Positions 28,247-36,916 of a stretch of DNA of 64,000 nt are shown here, piece by piece. The stretch lies in the NCBI GenBank assembly GCA_964560085.1, contig CAZLKF010000006.1, positions 13,398 through 77,397 on the forward strand, in the 5' to 3' direction. The DNA comes from an uncultured Muribaculaceae bacterium. GTDB taxonomy: Bacteria > Bacillota_I > Bacilli_A > RF39 > UBA660. Position 1 is the first letter of the stretch. Every line of letters starts with the position of its first letter. The position numbers and the translations under genes are program-made. The notes under the pieces are model-generated. The model searched no databases. It had not been told where the DNA came from and saw only the letters and a program-made list of their open reading frames with translations.

Positions 28247-28769
28247 ATATACTGAAGATTTCTTGCCAATTAAAGAAATTAATAATAATTGTATATTTCT
28301 AAATAGTAAATATAAAGTAACAGGCATAAAAATAATGCCAAAAAACATCTTTATTATGGGCCCTGAAATGATGAATTCGGTCATAAGTAATTTAAGAGTT
28401 GTGTATAACTTGATAGATTATGAATTTTGGATTATATCAGCTGATAGACCTGTGGATATTAGTGTTTATATGTCTCAATTAGAACTTGCATATCAAAATG
28501 AGCAGGATCCTGTTCGAAAGAAATTAATTATGCAAGATATTAATAAAGGTGAACAATTTATTCAAAATGAAGTTGTTGATACAGAATTCTTCCTTCTTTT
28601 TAAAGAAAAAGATGATGAAATAATTCAAAAAAGAATTAGAACATTAATTAACAATTTTGCTAATGCTGGCTTAGCAACTCGTCAAGTTAGTAATGAAGAT
28701 TTGCGAATATTATTAGATAATTTCTTTAATGCAGGAACATCAACAAAGTTTGGGACGGTGATGTCATAA
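28209..28769 (+). CDS. N-terminal domain of a VirB4/PrgJ/TcpF-type ATPase, encoded as a separate ORF
   Basis: TEDFLPIKEINNNCIFLNSKYKVTGIKIMPKNIF resembles the start of Gram-positive VirB4 proteins (..d.lPi..i.dg.i....g.y..il.v.piNf). 186 aa + 595 aa gives a normal VirB4 length. Start is uncertain (28182 or 28209). Confidence 0.55.
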   Translation: MSTTTTNNQQRSKYTEDFLPIKEINNNCIFLNSKYKVTGIKIMPKNIFIMGPEMMNSVISNLRVVYNLIDYEFWIISADRPVDISVYMSQLELAYQNEQDPVRKKLIMQDINKGEQFIQNEVVDTEFFLLFKEKDDEIIQKRIRTLINNFANAGLATRQVSNEDLRILLDNFFNAGTSTKFGTVMS

Positions 28770-30556
28770 TGGGAAATATAAAATCAGAAGTAGCACCTAA
28801 AGGATTACAGTTTAAACCAGCTGAGTTTATCATTAGTGATCAATGGGCAACCATATTAACGGTTGTTTCTTATCCGAAATACATAGATCCTGGATACTTG
28901 TCATCTCTGACAAGTATTCCTGGAATAAAGGTTGTTATTAAACATATACCATTACCTTTTAGTGTAATTAGTAAGATGTTAAATAAAGAAATTGCTGATT
29001 TAAAGCAAAGATATCAAGATGAAAATGACAAAACGATTCAAGAAAGAATGCGTCAAGATTATGAATCATTGGAATACTTTATTCAAATGTTGGCATCTAA
29101 TAATTCGGCAATTTTCGATTTTCAAATGCATATAATGCTAACTGCTAACACACAAGATGAATTAGCAAACAAAAAAATGCAAATGAAAAATTATCTAGAA
29201 TCAATGGAGTTAAAGGCAATACCATTAAGATTTGAACAAGAAAAAGTTTTAAAATCAATTGTTCCAATTTTTCCAAAACAAGAGATTGAATCACGAATTG
29301 GAGTACCAATTCCGTCGCCAACAATTGCAGCAATGTATCCATTTATTTTCGATAGTGTAAAAGATGCTGGCTTAGCGACATTATTAGGCGTTGATTTTTC
29401 TGGAGGAGTTATTCTATTTAATCAATTTTTATATCAAATAAAAAAAGAGCATAATCGTAATAATGCTAATATGATAATATTAGGTACTTCTGGTAGTGGT
29501 AAATCAACAGCTGCAAAAATTTTGTTGCGTGCTAACGTTAGAAATAATCATCAAATTGTTTGCATCGATCCTGAAGGCGAACTTGGTGATATGGTTAGAA
29601 TATATAACGGCGATTTTATTGATTTAGGTAAGGGTGGAGAATACGGAATGATTAATCCGCTCGAAGTCGTTGTTGATAGTGATGAAGATGAATTGGAATC
29701 TGGTGCCGGATATTCAGTTTTAACTCGAACTTTGCAAACTTTAAAAGCATTTATGAAGTATTATGCTCCAGATATTCAAGATGATGTTTTAACTCTTTTT
29801 AGTGAAGTTGTTCAAGAAACATATATGCGTTTTGGTATTAACTATCAAAGTGATTTTACTAAATTTACATCCGATGATTATCCAACTTTGAATGATGTTT
29901 ATGAAACAATTAAAGGACGATTATTATCAATGAATGATCGTACACACGAGAAAGATATTATGGAAAGACTTGAATTAAAGGTAAGACCTTTAGTAAAAGA
30001 GTTAAAGTATTATTTCTCAGGTCATACTACTATTAAAGCTCAAAGTAAGTTTATTGCGTTTAATATTCGTGAAGTTATGAATGCTGATGCAAATGTTCGA
30101 AATGCTTTATTCTTCAATATTTTGAAATATGCTTGGAGTTTAACTTTGGATCGTAGCGTTAATACAGTTTTAATGGTTGATGAAGCACATGTTTTGTTAG
30201 GAAGCAACAATACACTAGGTGCTGATTTCTTAGCTCAAATTCAAAGACGTTCAAGAAAATACAATACAGGTACAATAATTATTACGCAGCAACCAAGTGA
30301 TTTTAGTGATCCTGCTGTAATTACTCAAGGAAAAGCAATTTTTGATAATGCTTCTTATTACTTAGTAATGGGATTAAAAAAACAAGCAGTTGAAGATCTT
30401 GCTCAATTGATTGATTTAAATGAGAGTGAACAAGATAGTATAAAGAGATATTCACAAGGTGAAGCTTTGTTTGTGTGTGGAAGTCGTCGTATGCGTATAA
30501 ATGTAATTGCAACGGACGATGAATTAGATTCATTTGGACGCGGAGGCGGACTATAA
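28769..30556 (+). CDS. VirB4/PrgJ/TcpF-type T4SS ATPase (C-terminal three quarters)
   Basis: Walker A ILGTSGSGKST, Walker B VLMVDEAHVLL, IIITQQPSDF. The ATG shares one base with the upstream TAA. Confidence 0.88.
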   Translation: MGNIKSEVAPKGLQFKPAEFIISDQWATILTVVSYPKYIDPGYLSSLTSIPGIKVVIKHIPLPFSVISKMLNKEIADLKQRYQDENDKTIQERMRQDYESLEYFIQMLASNNSAIFDFQMHIMLTANTQDELANKKMQMKNYLESMELKAIPLRFEQEKVLKSIVPIFPKQEIESRIGVPIPSPTIAAMYPFIFDSVKDAGLATLLGVDFSGGVILFNQFLYQIKKEHNRNNANMIILGTSGSGKSTAAKILLRANVRNNHQIVCIDPEGELGDMVRIYNGDFIDLGKGGEYGMINPLEVVVDSDEDELESGAGYSVLTRTLQTLKAFMKYYAPDIQDDVLTLFSEVVQETYMRFGINYQSDFTKFTSDDYPTLNDVYETIKGRLLSMNDRTHEKDIMERLELKVRPLVKELKYYFSGHTTIKAQSKFIAFNIREVMNADANVRNALFFNILKYAWSLTLDRSVNTVLMVDEAHVLLGSNNTLGADFLAQIQRRSRKYNTGTIIITQQPSDFSDPAVITQGKAIFDNASYYLVMGLKKQAVEDLAQLIDLNESEQDSIKRYSQGEALFVCGSRRMRINVIATDDELDSFGRGGGL

Positions 30557-30582
30557 TATAATTTGAAACGGTGGTGAAAAAC

Positions 30583-33471
30583 ATGGCTTCAAAAGAAAAT
30601 AAATTTGCAAAATCTGAAGGCGGGGCCATGTTGACACCAAATAACAATGCCCAGTCTTCTTTTGGCTTAAATGTTCCTAGAAATCAAAATAATATAGGAA
30701 TGAATAATAGGCAGAATAATGCTGGAGTCGGGCCACAAAATCAAGCTGGTGATGGTGGCGATTCATTAAACAATGGTGAAGAAAATTCACAAAATCAAGG
30801 CGATAATAACAAAAATCAACAGGGAGCATCTACTAATGGTAAGCAAGGTGAAAATAATTCGTCAACAGATGAACTTCAAAAAAAAGCCTTAAAAGAAGGT
30901 GGAAAAGTAGCCTTGATGGCTGCTGGAGCTCCTGCGCCTGTAGCCGATAAAGTAGTTGAAACGGCCGAAAAAACAGGCGCTCTTGATAAGATTAATGCTA
31001 AGGTAAATGAAATTAAAAAAAAGAAACTTTTAAAATTTTTACCTTTATTAAGTGGTCTGCTTCCAATAGCCTTTGGATTTATCATGGTAATTATGGTTTT
31101 ATCTATAGTAATGGCTGCTATGACAGGAGTAGAAAGTACTGCCAAATCGGTAATCAATTTTTTTACTTCGACCTGGGAAGACTTTATTGGGTTATTTTCA
31201 CCAGACTATAAATCAGAAGCAGTATTTTTATCGGCATTGCCGAAAGTCAATGCTAACGCTGACTCTGAAGAAAAAAAGAATATGAGCAAATATTTATCAG
31301 CTATTATGGGGTCTGTATATTATGAAGCTACTACGTTAAATAGCAACGGCACACTTGATACAAGAGAATACGCATTTTATCGTGGACTTTCACGAATTGC
31401 TGAGATTACTTATAATGGGTTAAATTCATCAGCAGGTCGGTTGCGTCCAGAAGTAATAGCTACCAAAATAGCTACATTAAATGAAGAATTACCTTTAGAT
31501 TATATAAAAGACGAGAATGGCAACTATATAACAGACGAGAATGGCAACAAAACGCTAGCTTATGCTGGTACTAATTATGAAAGCGTGCGCAAAGGTCAAA
31601 ACAGCGCTTGGGATAAGATACAAAAATTTGTTAAAGCTTTAAAAGATGATCTGGCAGATTTAGCAAAAGCCGAAAACGGTGGTTATACTTTCGACTTTGA
31701 TGGTGCATTTAAACCTTACTTAGATGAATACATTCAAAAAAATATTATTGATACAAAAATTTCAACAGCAAGTATGGAAGTGTTAAAAGAGAACTTGCTA
31801 ATAACTTGTAATTACTATGAAGAACAATTAAAAACAGCTGCATCAGATGAAGAAACTGCTTCTGCTTCGGGTGAGGACATAATATCTTATTTCGGCTCAA
31901 TTTATGGTGATCAATCGTGTGCAATGTTAACAAAATATGAGCCAAATAATCATGAATTTACAGAGTCACAAGGAATTTCTGATAAAAAAATACATAGTAT
32001 TTATGATGGCGAAGTAATTTATGTCAATCAAGGAATAAACTTATATGATAAATGGGATTCTAAAACTCAAAGATGTCTTTGCGATGGCAAAATATGTGAT
32101 AATTATAATGGATCACAAATTAAAATAAAGTTTGTAGTTGATGAAATTGAATATATAGCAACTTATTCAAATATGGCAACAACGGCAGTCGAAGTTGGCG
32201 ATTCAGTTTCAAAGGGTGAAGTTATTGGCACAGAAGGGAATACTGGTTGTACCAATATAGACAAATTAACTTTTCAACTTACAAGTGAAAGTGGAATAAA
32301 TTATAACACCAATGATTTACTTTATAAATGTAGTAGTTTTGCAAATACTGCTAATACATGTAATTTTAATAATCTCAAAATAAATTTGCTTGATTGCAAC
32401 AATAAAACACTAATTAAGCAAATTCCATTTTATGATTATGTAAAGGAACAAGTATTTGTTAATCATAAGCAAAATCTAAGTGAGATTGAGTATGTAAAAG
32501 CTGCAGTAATCATAAGTGCAAACAATATTCTAAAAAGTGCTAATTATCAAGTTGGTGTTAAAGAATTGGATATTGAAGTTTGTGATTATAAAGAAAAAAA
32601 TATTATTGATTCTTCAATTATTGACAGCAGCATTGATAAAGTACGTGGTCAAATAATGACTTATAATAAAAAAATCGTTGCATTACGTTTTAATGATACA
32701 TGTAATCGAACATTTGAGAACGCAAATGCCAATAGTATATATAATTTAATGTGCAGTAATAATGCATTTAAAATGGCTCAAAATGGGAAAAGTTATACAG
32801 AAATACTTAATACTTATTATCCAAACTACCAATTAGATAACAATTATTGCGTAAATTATGCTGACAACATTAATGAGTACTCTTTAAAAAATGATAAACA
32901 ATATTTAACAAGTGAAACATATACAGATGATGAATATATAAAATTTGAAAAAGAATTAAAAGAGAAAATTAATATGGCTGGTTTTAAGACAAGAGCAGCT
33001 GCAGTGGAAACTGCCCGTTACTTAAGTTTAGGTTTGGATAGTAAAATAGCATATAAAGTAGGTGGAAATTATTTCTACGAAGGCTTGAATAAAAACTGGT
33101 ATGTTGATGGCCTTGATAGTTGTGGCTTTATATCGTGGGTTTTATTTAATGCCGGAGCTAACATTGAACAAAGTATGAATGTTATGCAGTTGATTAGTTC
33201 ACAAAACATAACAGGAAATTTAAAAATAACGAATGAATTTTATAAATATTATGATAAAGTCCAAGTTGGTGATTTCGCTTGGAAAGAAGGACATATTGGA
33301 ATTATAATTGGAAAAAATGATGGTTTGTTATATATTGCGGAAGCAAATAGTAAAGAAGGACTTATAGTAACAACAATAACAGCGTACGGGGAATCATCAT
33401 CAAATTATACACATATATATTTTGCCGATAATTATTATGACAAGACTGGCAATATAACAAGCATGTGGTAA
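30583..33471 (+). CDS. Large multidomain cell-wall hydrolase (PrgK/TcpG/VirB1 analogue): degenerate M23/LytM-like domain plus C-terminal NlpC/P60 domain
   Basis: Asn/Gln/Gly-rich N-terminus, TM LLPIAFGFIMVIMVLSIVMAAM. LytM-like IHSIYDGEVIYV...VGDSVSKGEVIGTEGNTGCTNIDKLTFQL. NlpC/P60 Cys and His contexts GLDSCGFISWV and EGHIGIIIG. Confidence 0.78.
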   Translation: MASKENKFAKSEGGAMLTPNNNAQSSFGLNVPRNQNNIGMNNRQNNAGVGPQNQAGDGGDSLNNGEENSQNQGDNNKNQQGASTNGKQGENNSSTDELQKKALKEGGKVALMAAGAPAPVADKVVETAEKTGALDKINAKVNEIKKKKLLKFLPLLSGLLPIAFGFIMVIMVLSIVMAAMTGVESTAKSVINFFTSTWEDFIGLFSPDYKSEAVFLSALPKVNANADSEEKKNMSKYLSAIMGSVYYEATTLNSNGTLDTREYAFYRGLSRIAEITYNGLNSSAGRLRPEVIATKIATLNEELPLDYIKDENGNYITDENGNKTLAYAGTNYESVRKGQNSAWDKIQKFVKALKDDLADLAKAENGGYTFDFDGAFKPYLDEYIQKNIIDTKISTASMEVLKENLLITCNYYEEQLKTAASDEETASASGEDIISYFGSIYGDQSCAMLTKYEPNNHEFTESQGISDKKIHSIYDGEVIYVNQGINLYDKWDSKTQRCLCDGKICDNYNGSQIKIKFVVDEIEYIATYSNMATTAVEVGDSVSKGEVIGTEGNTGCTNIDKLTFQLTSESGINYNTNDLLYKCSSFANTANTCNFNNLKINLLDCNNKTLIKQIPFYDYVKEQVFVNHKQNLSEIEYVKAAVIISANNILKSANYQVGVKELDIEVCDYKEKNIIDSSIIDSSIDKVRGQIMTYNKKIVALRFNDTCNRTFENANANSIYNLMCSNNAFKMAQNGKSYTEILNTYYPNYQLDNNYCVNYADNINEYSLKNDKQYLTSETYTDDEYIKFEKELKEKINMAGFKTRAAAVETARYLSLGLDSKIAYKVGGNYFYEGLNKNWYVDGLDSCGFISWVLFNAGANIEQSMNVMQLISSQNITGNLKITNEFYKYYDKVQVGDFAWKEGHIGIIIGKNDGLLYIAEANSKEGLIVTTITAYGESSSNYTHIYFADNYYDKTGNITSMW

Positions 33472-33480
33472 GGAGCGTTT

Positions 33481-34188
33481 ATGAAAAAGAAAATAATTGT
33501 ATTATTCATTTTATTACTACTTACTGGATGTAAGGCGAAATATGGATTACAAATTAATTTTGGTGGTTCAGTAATTGAAACAGGTAATATCCTAATTGAT
33601 AAAAATCTTGTTGGACTTGGAGGAACTTCCAATAATACAGACATTTTTCTAGAAGATTTACTTGAAAAATATGGAGCAACTAAATATCGTTTGAAAACTA
33701 AAATTAATGAAACAAATTATATTGGTTATAAATTCTATCATCGCTATAATAATTTAGAATATTACAGTAATCAATCTCCTGCTATAAATCTTCTGTATGA
33801 TTATGTCAACTATAGTAGTTTGGATGGATTTTCAACAATACAAAGTAGTGATAAAAGTAAAATAGATACTTATAATTCTACTGCAAGTGATGTTCCAACA
33901 AAAGTTGAAGAAATAAATATTTCTATAGCATTGCCATATAAAGTGATAGAAAATAATGCAACAACAATAGACCGTGAAAATAATATTTATACATGGGTTA
34001 TAGTACCGGGTGCTGAATCAGAGAAAATAAAATTATCTTATCGCGATAGTGAGCTATTTACAAATAATCCCTTATATTTGGCTAGATATGTAAGCCCGTA
34101 TATATATATAGTAGTTTTGATTGCAGTTGTTGCTATAATAGTAATAATAGTTATAAAAGGAAAAATGCGATATATAAATAAACTATAG
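33481..34188 (+). CDS. Lipoprotein with additional C-terminal TM anchor
   Basis: Lipobox LLLLTGC. C-terminal YIYIVVLIAVVAIIVIIVI followed by KGK. Confidence 0.65.
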   Translation: MKKKIIVLFILLLLTGCKAKYGLQINFGGSVIETGNILIDKNLVGLGGTSNNTDIFLEDLLEKYGATKYRLKTKINETNYIGYKFYHRYNNLEYYSNQSPAINLLYDYVNYSSLDGFSTIQSSDKSKIDTYNSTASDVPTKVEEINISIALPYKVIENNATTIDRENNIYTWVIVPGAESEKIKLSYRDSELFTNNPLYLARYVSPYIYIVVLIAVVAIIVIIVIKGKMRYINKL

Positions 34189-34239
34189 TCTTTAATTTCT
34201 AGGACTTATTTGTTATAATATATCAATTGAGGTGATAAA

Positions 34240-36519
34240 ATGTTTAAATTGACGGCTAATAAAGAAGATGTTATTAAATTCTCGATTTTCTGTGTAGCAA
34301 TGTTCTTGGTTGTCTCAATAATAATAAACAATATTTCTGTTTTTTCAAGTACTGGAGAATTTGCAGGATTTAATCCATTCGCAGTGTTTAGTGATGTAGA
34401 TTCTTTATTGTTAACTTTTGTTGTAACAATTGTAATTCTTCTTAGTATTATTTTTAGTACTTCTTCACAATTTTTTGAAAGAGAAAAAGGCTTTGGATTT
34501 TCATTTTCTAAAAAAGACAAAGGTGGATATTCAAGATGGGCTACTGAGAAAGAATTTAAGGCAGAACTAAAGCACATTTATGCCGATGATAAATCAACAA
34601 GTGCTGCTGGGATACCTTTAATTAATAATGGCCGAGATATATGGATAGATGATGGTGAGTTTCATAATTTAATTATAGGTTCAACAGGTTCAGGAAAAAC
34701 TGAAATGTTGGTTCAACCGATGGTAAAGATTTTAGCCAAAAAAGGCGAATCAATGATTATTACTGACCCTAAAGGAGAAATATACGAAAATAATGCTAAT
34801 GAACTACGCGAAAAGGGCTATAATGTTGTTTTGCTAAACTTTCGTGATCCTCAAAAGGGAAATTCTTGGAATCCTTTAACTTTACCATATGAATTGTATA
34901 AAAGTGGTAATAAAGATAAAGCTAATGAATTATTAGATGATTTGGCAATGAATATTTTGTATGATGAAAAAGCCCAAAATCAAGATCCATTCTGGGAAAA
35001 AACTTCAGCTGACTATTTTACAGGTTTAGCTTTAGGTTTGTTTGATGATGCTGAAGAAAGAGAAATTAATTTAAATAGTATTAATTTAATGACAACTGTC
35101 GGCGAAGAAAAATTAATGGCTTCAACTTATATAAAAGAATACTTTGCTGATAAGGATCCAGCTTCACCAGCTTATGTTAATGTATCTAGTACAATTATGG
35201 CACCAAGTGATACAAAAAACAGCATTTTATCAGTATTTAAACAAAAAATAAAACTTTTTGCGTCTCGTGAAAACTTAAGCGAAATGCTATGTCAAAGTGA
35301 TTTTGATATGAAAGATATAGGACGCAAGAAAACAGCAGTTTTTGTTGTTATTCAAGACGAGAAAAAAACATATCATTCATTAGTTACTATTTTTGTAAAG
35401 CAATGTTATGAAACTTTAATTGATGTTGCTCAAGAAAATGGTGGAAAATTGTCTTATCGAACTAATTTTATCTTGGATGAATTTGCAAACATGCCACCTT
35501 TAAAAGATGTAACAACAATGGTTACAGCAGCGCGAAGTCGAAAAATTCGTTTTAGTTTTATTATCCAAAACTTTGCACAGTTAAGTCAGGTATATGGTTC
35601 AGAAAACGGCGATACAATTAGAGGAAACTGTGGTAATATTATTTACCTAATTAGTAGTGAAATGAAAGCTTTAGAAGAAATCAGCAAGATGTGTGGTGAA
35701 GTTAAGTCTAAGGAAAAAGATAAAACAGCATCAACACCACTTGTTACAGTAAGTGATTTACAAAGATTAAAAATGTGGACAATTATAGTTTTACGTACAC
35801 GTTGTATGCCATTTAAGACAGTTTTAAAACCAAATTATCAAATGGAAAAAGAAAATAAATGGGGTAAGAAATATGAAAAAGCTTCTTATCCTACAAGAGC
35901 GGAAAATAAAGTAAAATTGTTTGATTTAAAAGCTTTTGTTAATAAAAAACGTGAAGAAAAATTAGGATCAACTGGCACTGATACCGGAACAGGTTTTGGT
36001 GGCGGGATGTTTGGCAATAATATGTTTAATTCAAAACCAATTAATCCATTTATGCCTTCTTCACAAAATCAAGCATCGCCTAAGCCTAATACTGATTTTG
36101 ATATAGATGAGATTGTTAAAAAGATAGATGCTAAAATTGCTGAATTAGAAGAGGAAGAGAAAAGGGAAAATCCAATTTCTAATCCAGACAATCAAAGAGA
36201 AAGCAATAATGAAGTTTTACAACCGAAGTCAATTCCAGCAAGTTTTGAACCTACTGTTGTCAATAGACCTGTTGTTGATCCTCAGCCAATATCTAACAAA
36301 GTAGAAGAATTAAAGCCTGATGTTCATAAACAAATAGTGAATACTACTAATGAAGATACTGCTACAGAAAAGTTTGATTATTCAGATGATTATAAAAAGT
36401 ACAATGACGAATTGAATAAAAATCCTCAAATTGACATTATTGAAGAACCTAGTAGTAAGAATTCGGGCAATCCAAGCGATGATGAATTCTTTGATGACTT
36501 TTTTGATGATGGAGAGTAG
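34240..36519 (+). CDS. VirD4/TraG-family type IV coupling protein with long disordered acidic C-terminal tail
   Basis: Two N-terminal TMs. Walker A IIGSTGSGKTE, Walker B FILDEFANMP, IIQNFAQL. The last ~190 aa are low complexity and end in DDEFFDDFFDDGE. Confidence 0.88.
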   Translation: MFKLTANKEDVIKFSIFCVAMFLVVSIIINNISVFSSTGEFAGFNPFAVFSDVDSLLLTFVVTIVILLSIIFSTSSQFFEREKGFGFSFSKKDKGGYSRWATEKEFKAELKHIYADDKSTSAAGIPLINNGRDIWIDDGEFHNLIIGSTGSGKTEMLVQPMVKILAKKGESMIITDPKGEIYENNANELREKGYNVVLLNFRDPQKGNSWNPLTLPYELYKSGNKDKANELLDDLAMNILYDEKAQNQDPFWEKTSADYFTGLALGLFDDAEEREINLNSINLMTTVGEEKLMASTYIKEYFADKDPASPAYVNVSSTIMAPSDTKNSILSVFKQKIKLFASRENLSEMLCQSDFDMKDIGRKKTAVFVVIQDEKKTYHSLVTIFVKQCYETLIDVAQENGGKLSYRTNFILDEFANMPPLKDVTTMVTAARSRKIRFSFIIQNFAQLSQVYGSENGDTIRGNCGNIIYLISSEMKALEEISKMCGEVKSKEKDKTASTPLVTVSDLQRLKMWTIIVLRTRCMPFKTVLKPNYQMEKENKWGKKYEKASYPTRAENKVKLFDLKAFVNKKREEKLGSTGTDTGTGFGGGMFGNNMFNSKPINPFMPSSQNQASPKPNTDFDIDEIVKKIDAKIAELEEEEKRENPISNPDNQRESNNEVLQPKSIPASFEPTVVNRPVVDPQPISNKVEELKPDVHKQIVNTTNEDTATEKFDYSDDYKKYNDELNKNPQIDIIEEPSSKNSGNPSDDEFFDDFFDDGE

Positions 36520-36573
36520 TCGAATATAATTTTAATTTCTTCTTATTGTTCATACAATATATTGGTGAATCAA

Positions 36574-36867
36574 ATGGGAAGAGAAATCACAATTGGTGAA
36601 TTTAGAAAATTAAATAATCTGAATGTTATTGATATTCGTGATCAAAAATCATTTTTAGAAGAACATATTCCTAATTCAACTAATATTCCTTATCTTGAAT
36701 TAATAGTTAATTATCGAAAATTTTTATCCAAAGATAAAATCTATTATCTTTGTTGTGAACAAGGTTTAAGAGGCCGCGATGTTACTGCTTATTTAGGGAC
36801 AAAAGGATATAAAGTTATTAACTTGATTGGTGGATTTGAAGAGTATAAAAACTATAAATACAAGTAA
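36574..36867 (+). CDS. Single-domain rhodanese-like sulfurtransferase
   Basis: Active-site loop CCEQGLRGR (C-x5-R). About 97 aa. Start moved to 36574 behind ggtga. Confidence 0.75.
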   Translation: MGREITIGEFRKLNNLNVIDIRDQKSFLEEHIPNSTNIPYLELIVNYRKFLSKDKIYYLCCEQGLRGRDVTAYLGTKGYKVINLIGGFEEYKNYKYK

Positions 36868-36916
36868 TTTATAGTTTTTTTTTAGAATTTATATTATAAT
36901 GATTATAGGTGATAAA

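Noticed and set aside
16509-36519. The whole array as a prophage or a filamentous-phage-like element
   Set aside because: There are no capsid, portal, terminase, tail, lysis-cassette, replication-initiator or Zot-like genes. The gene content fits secretion and pilus machinery.
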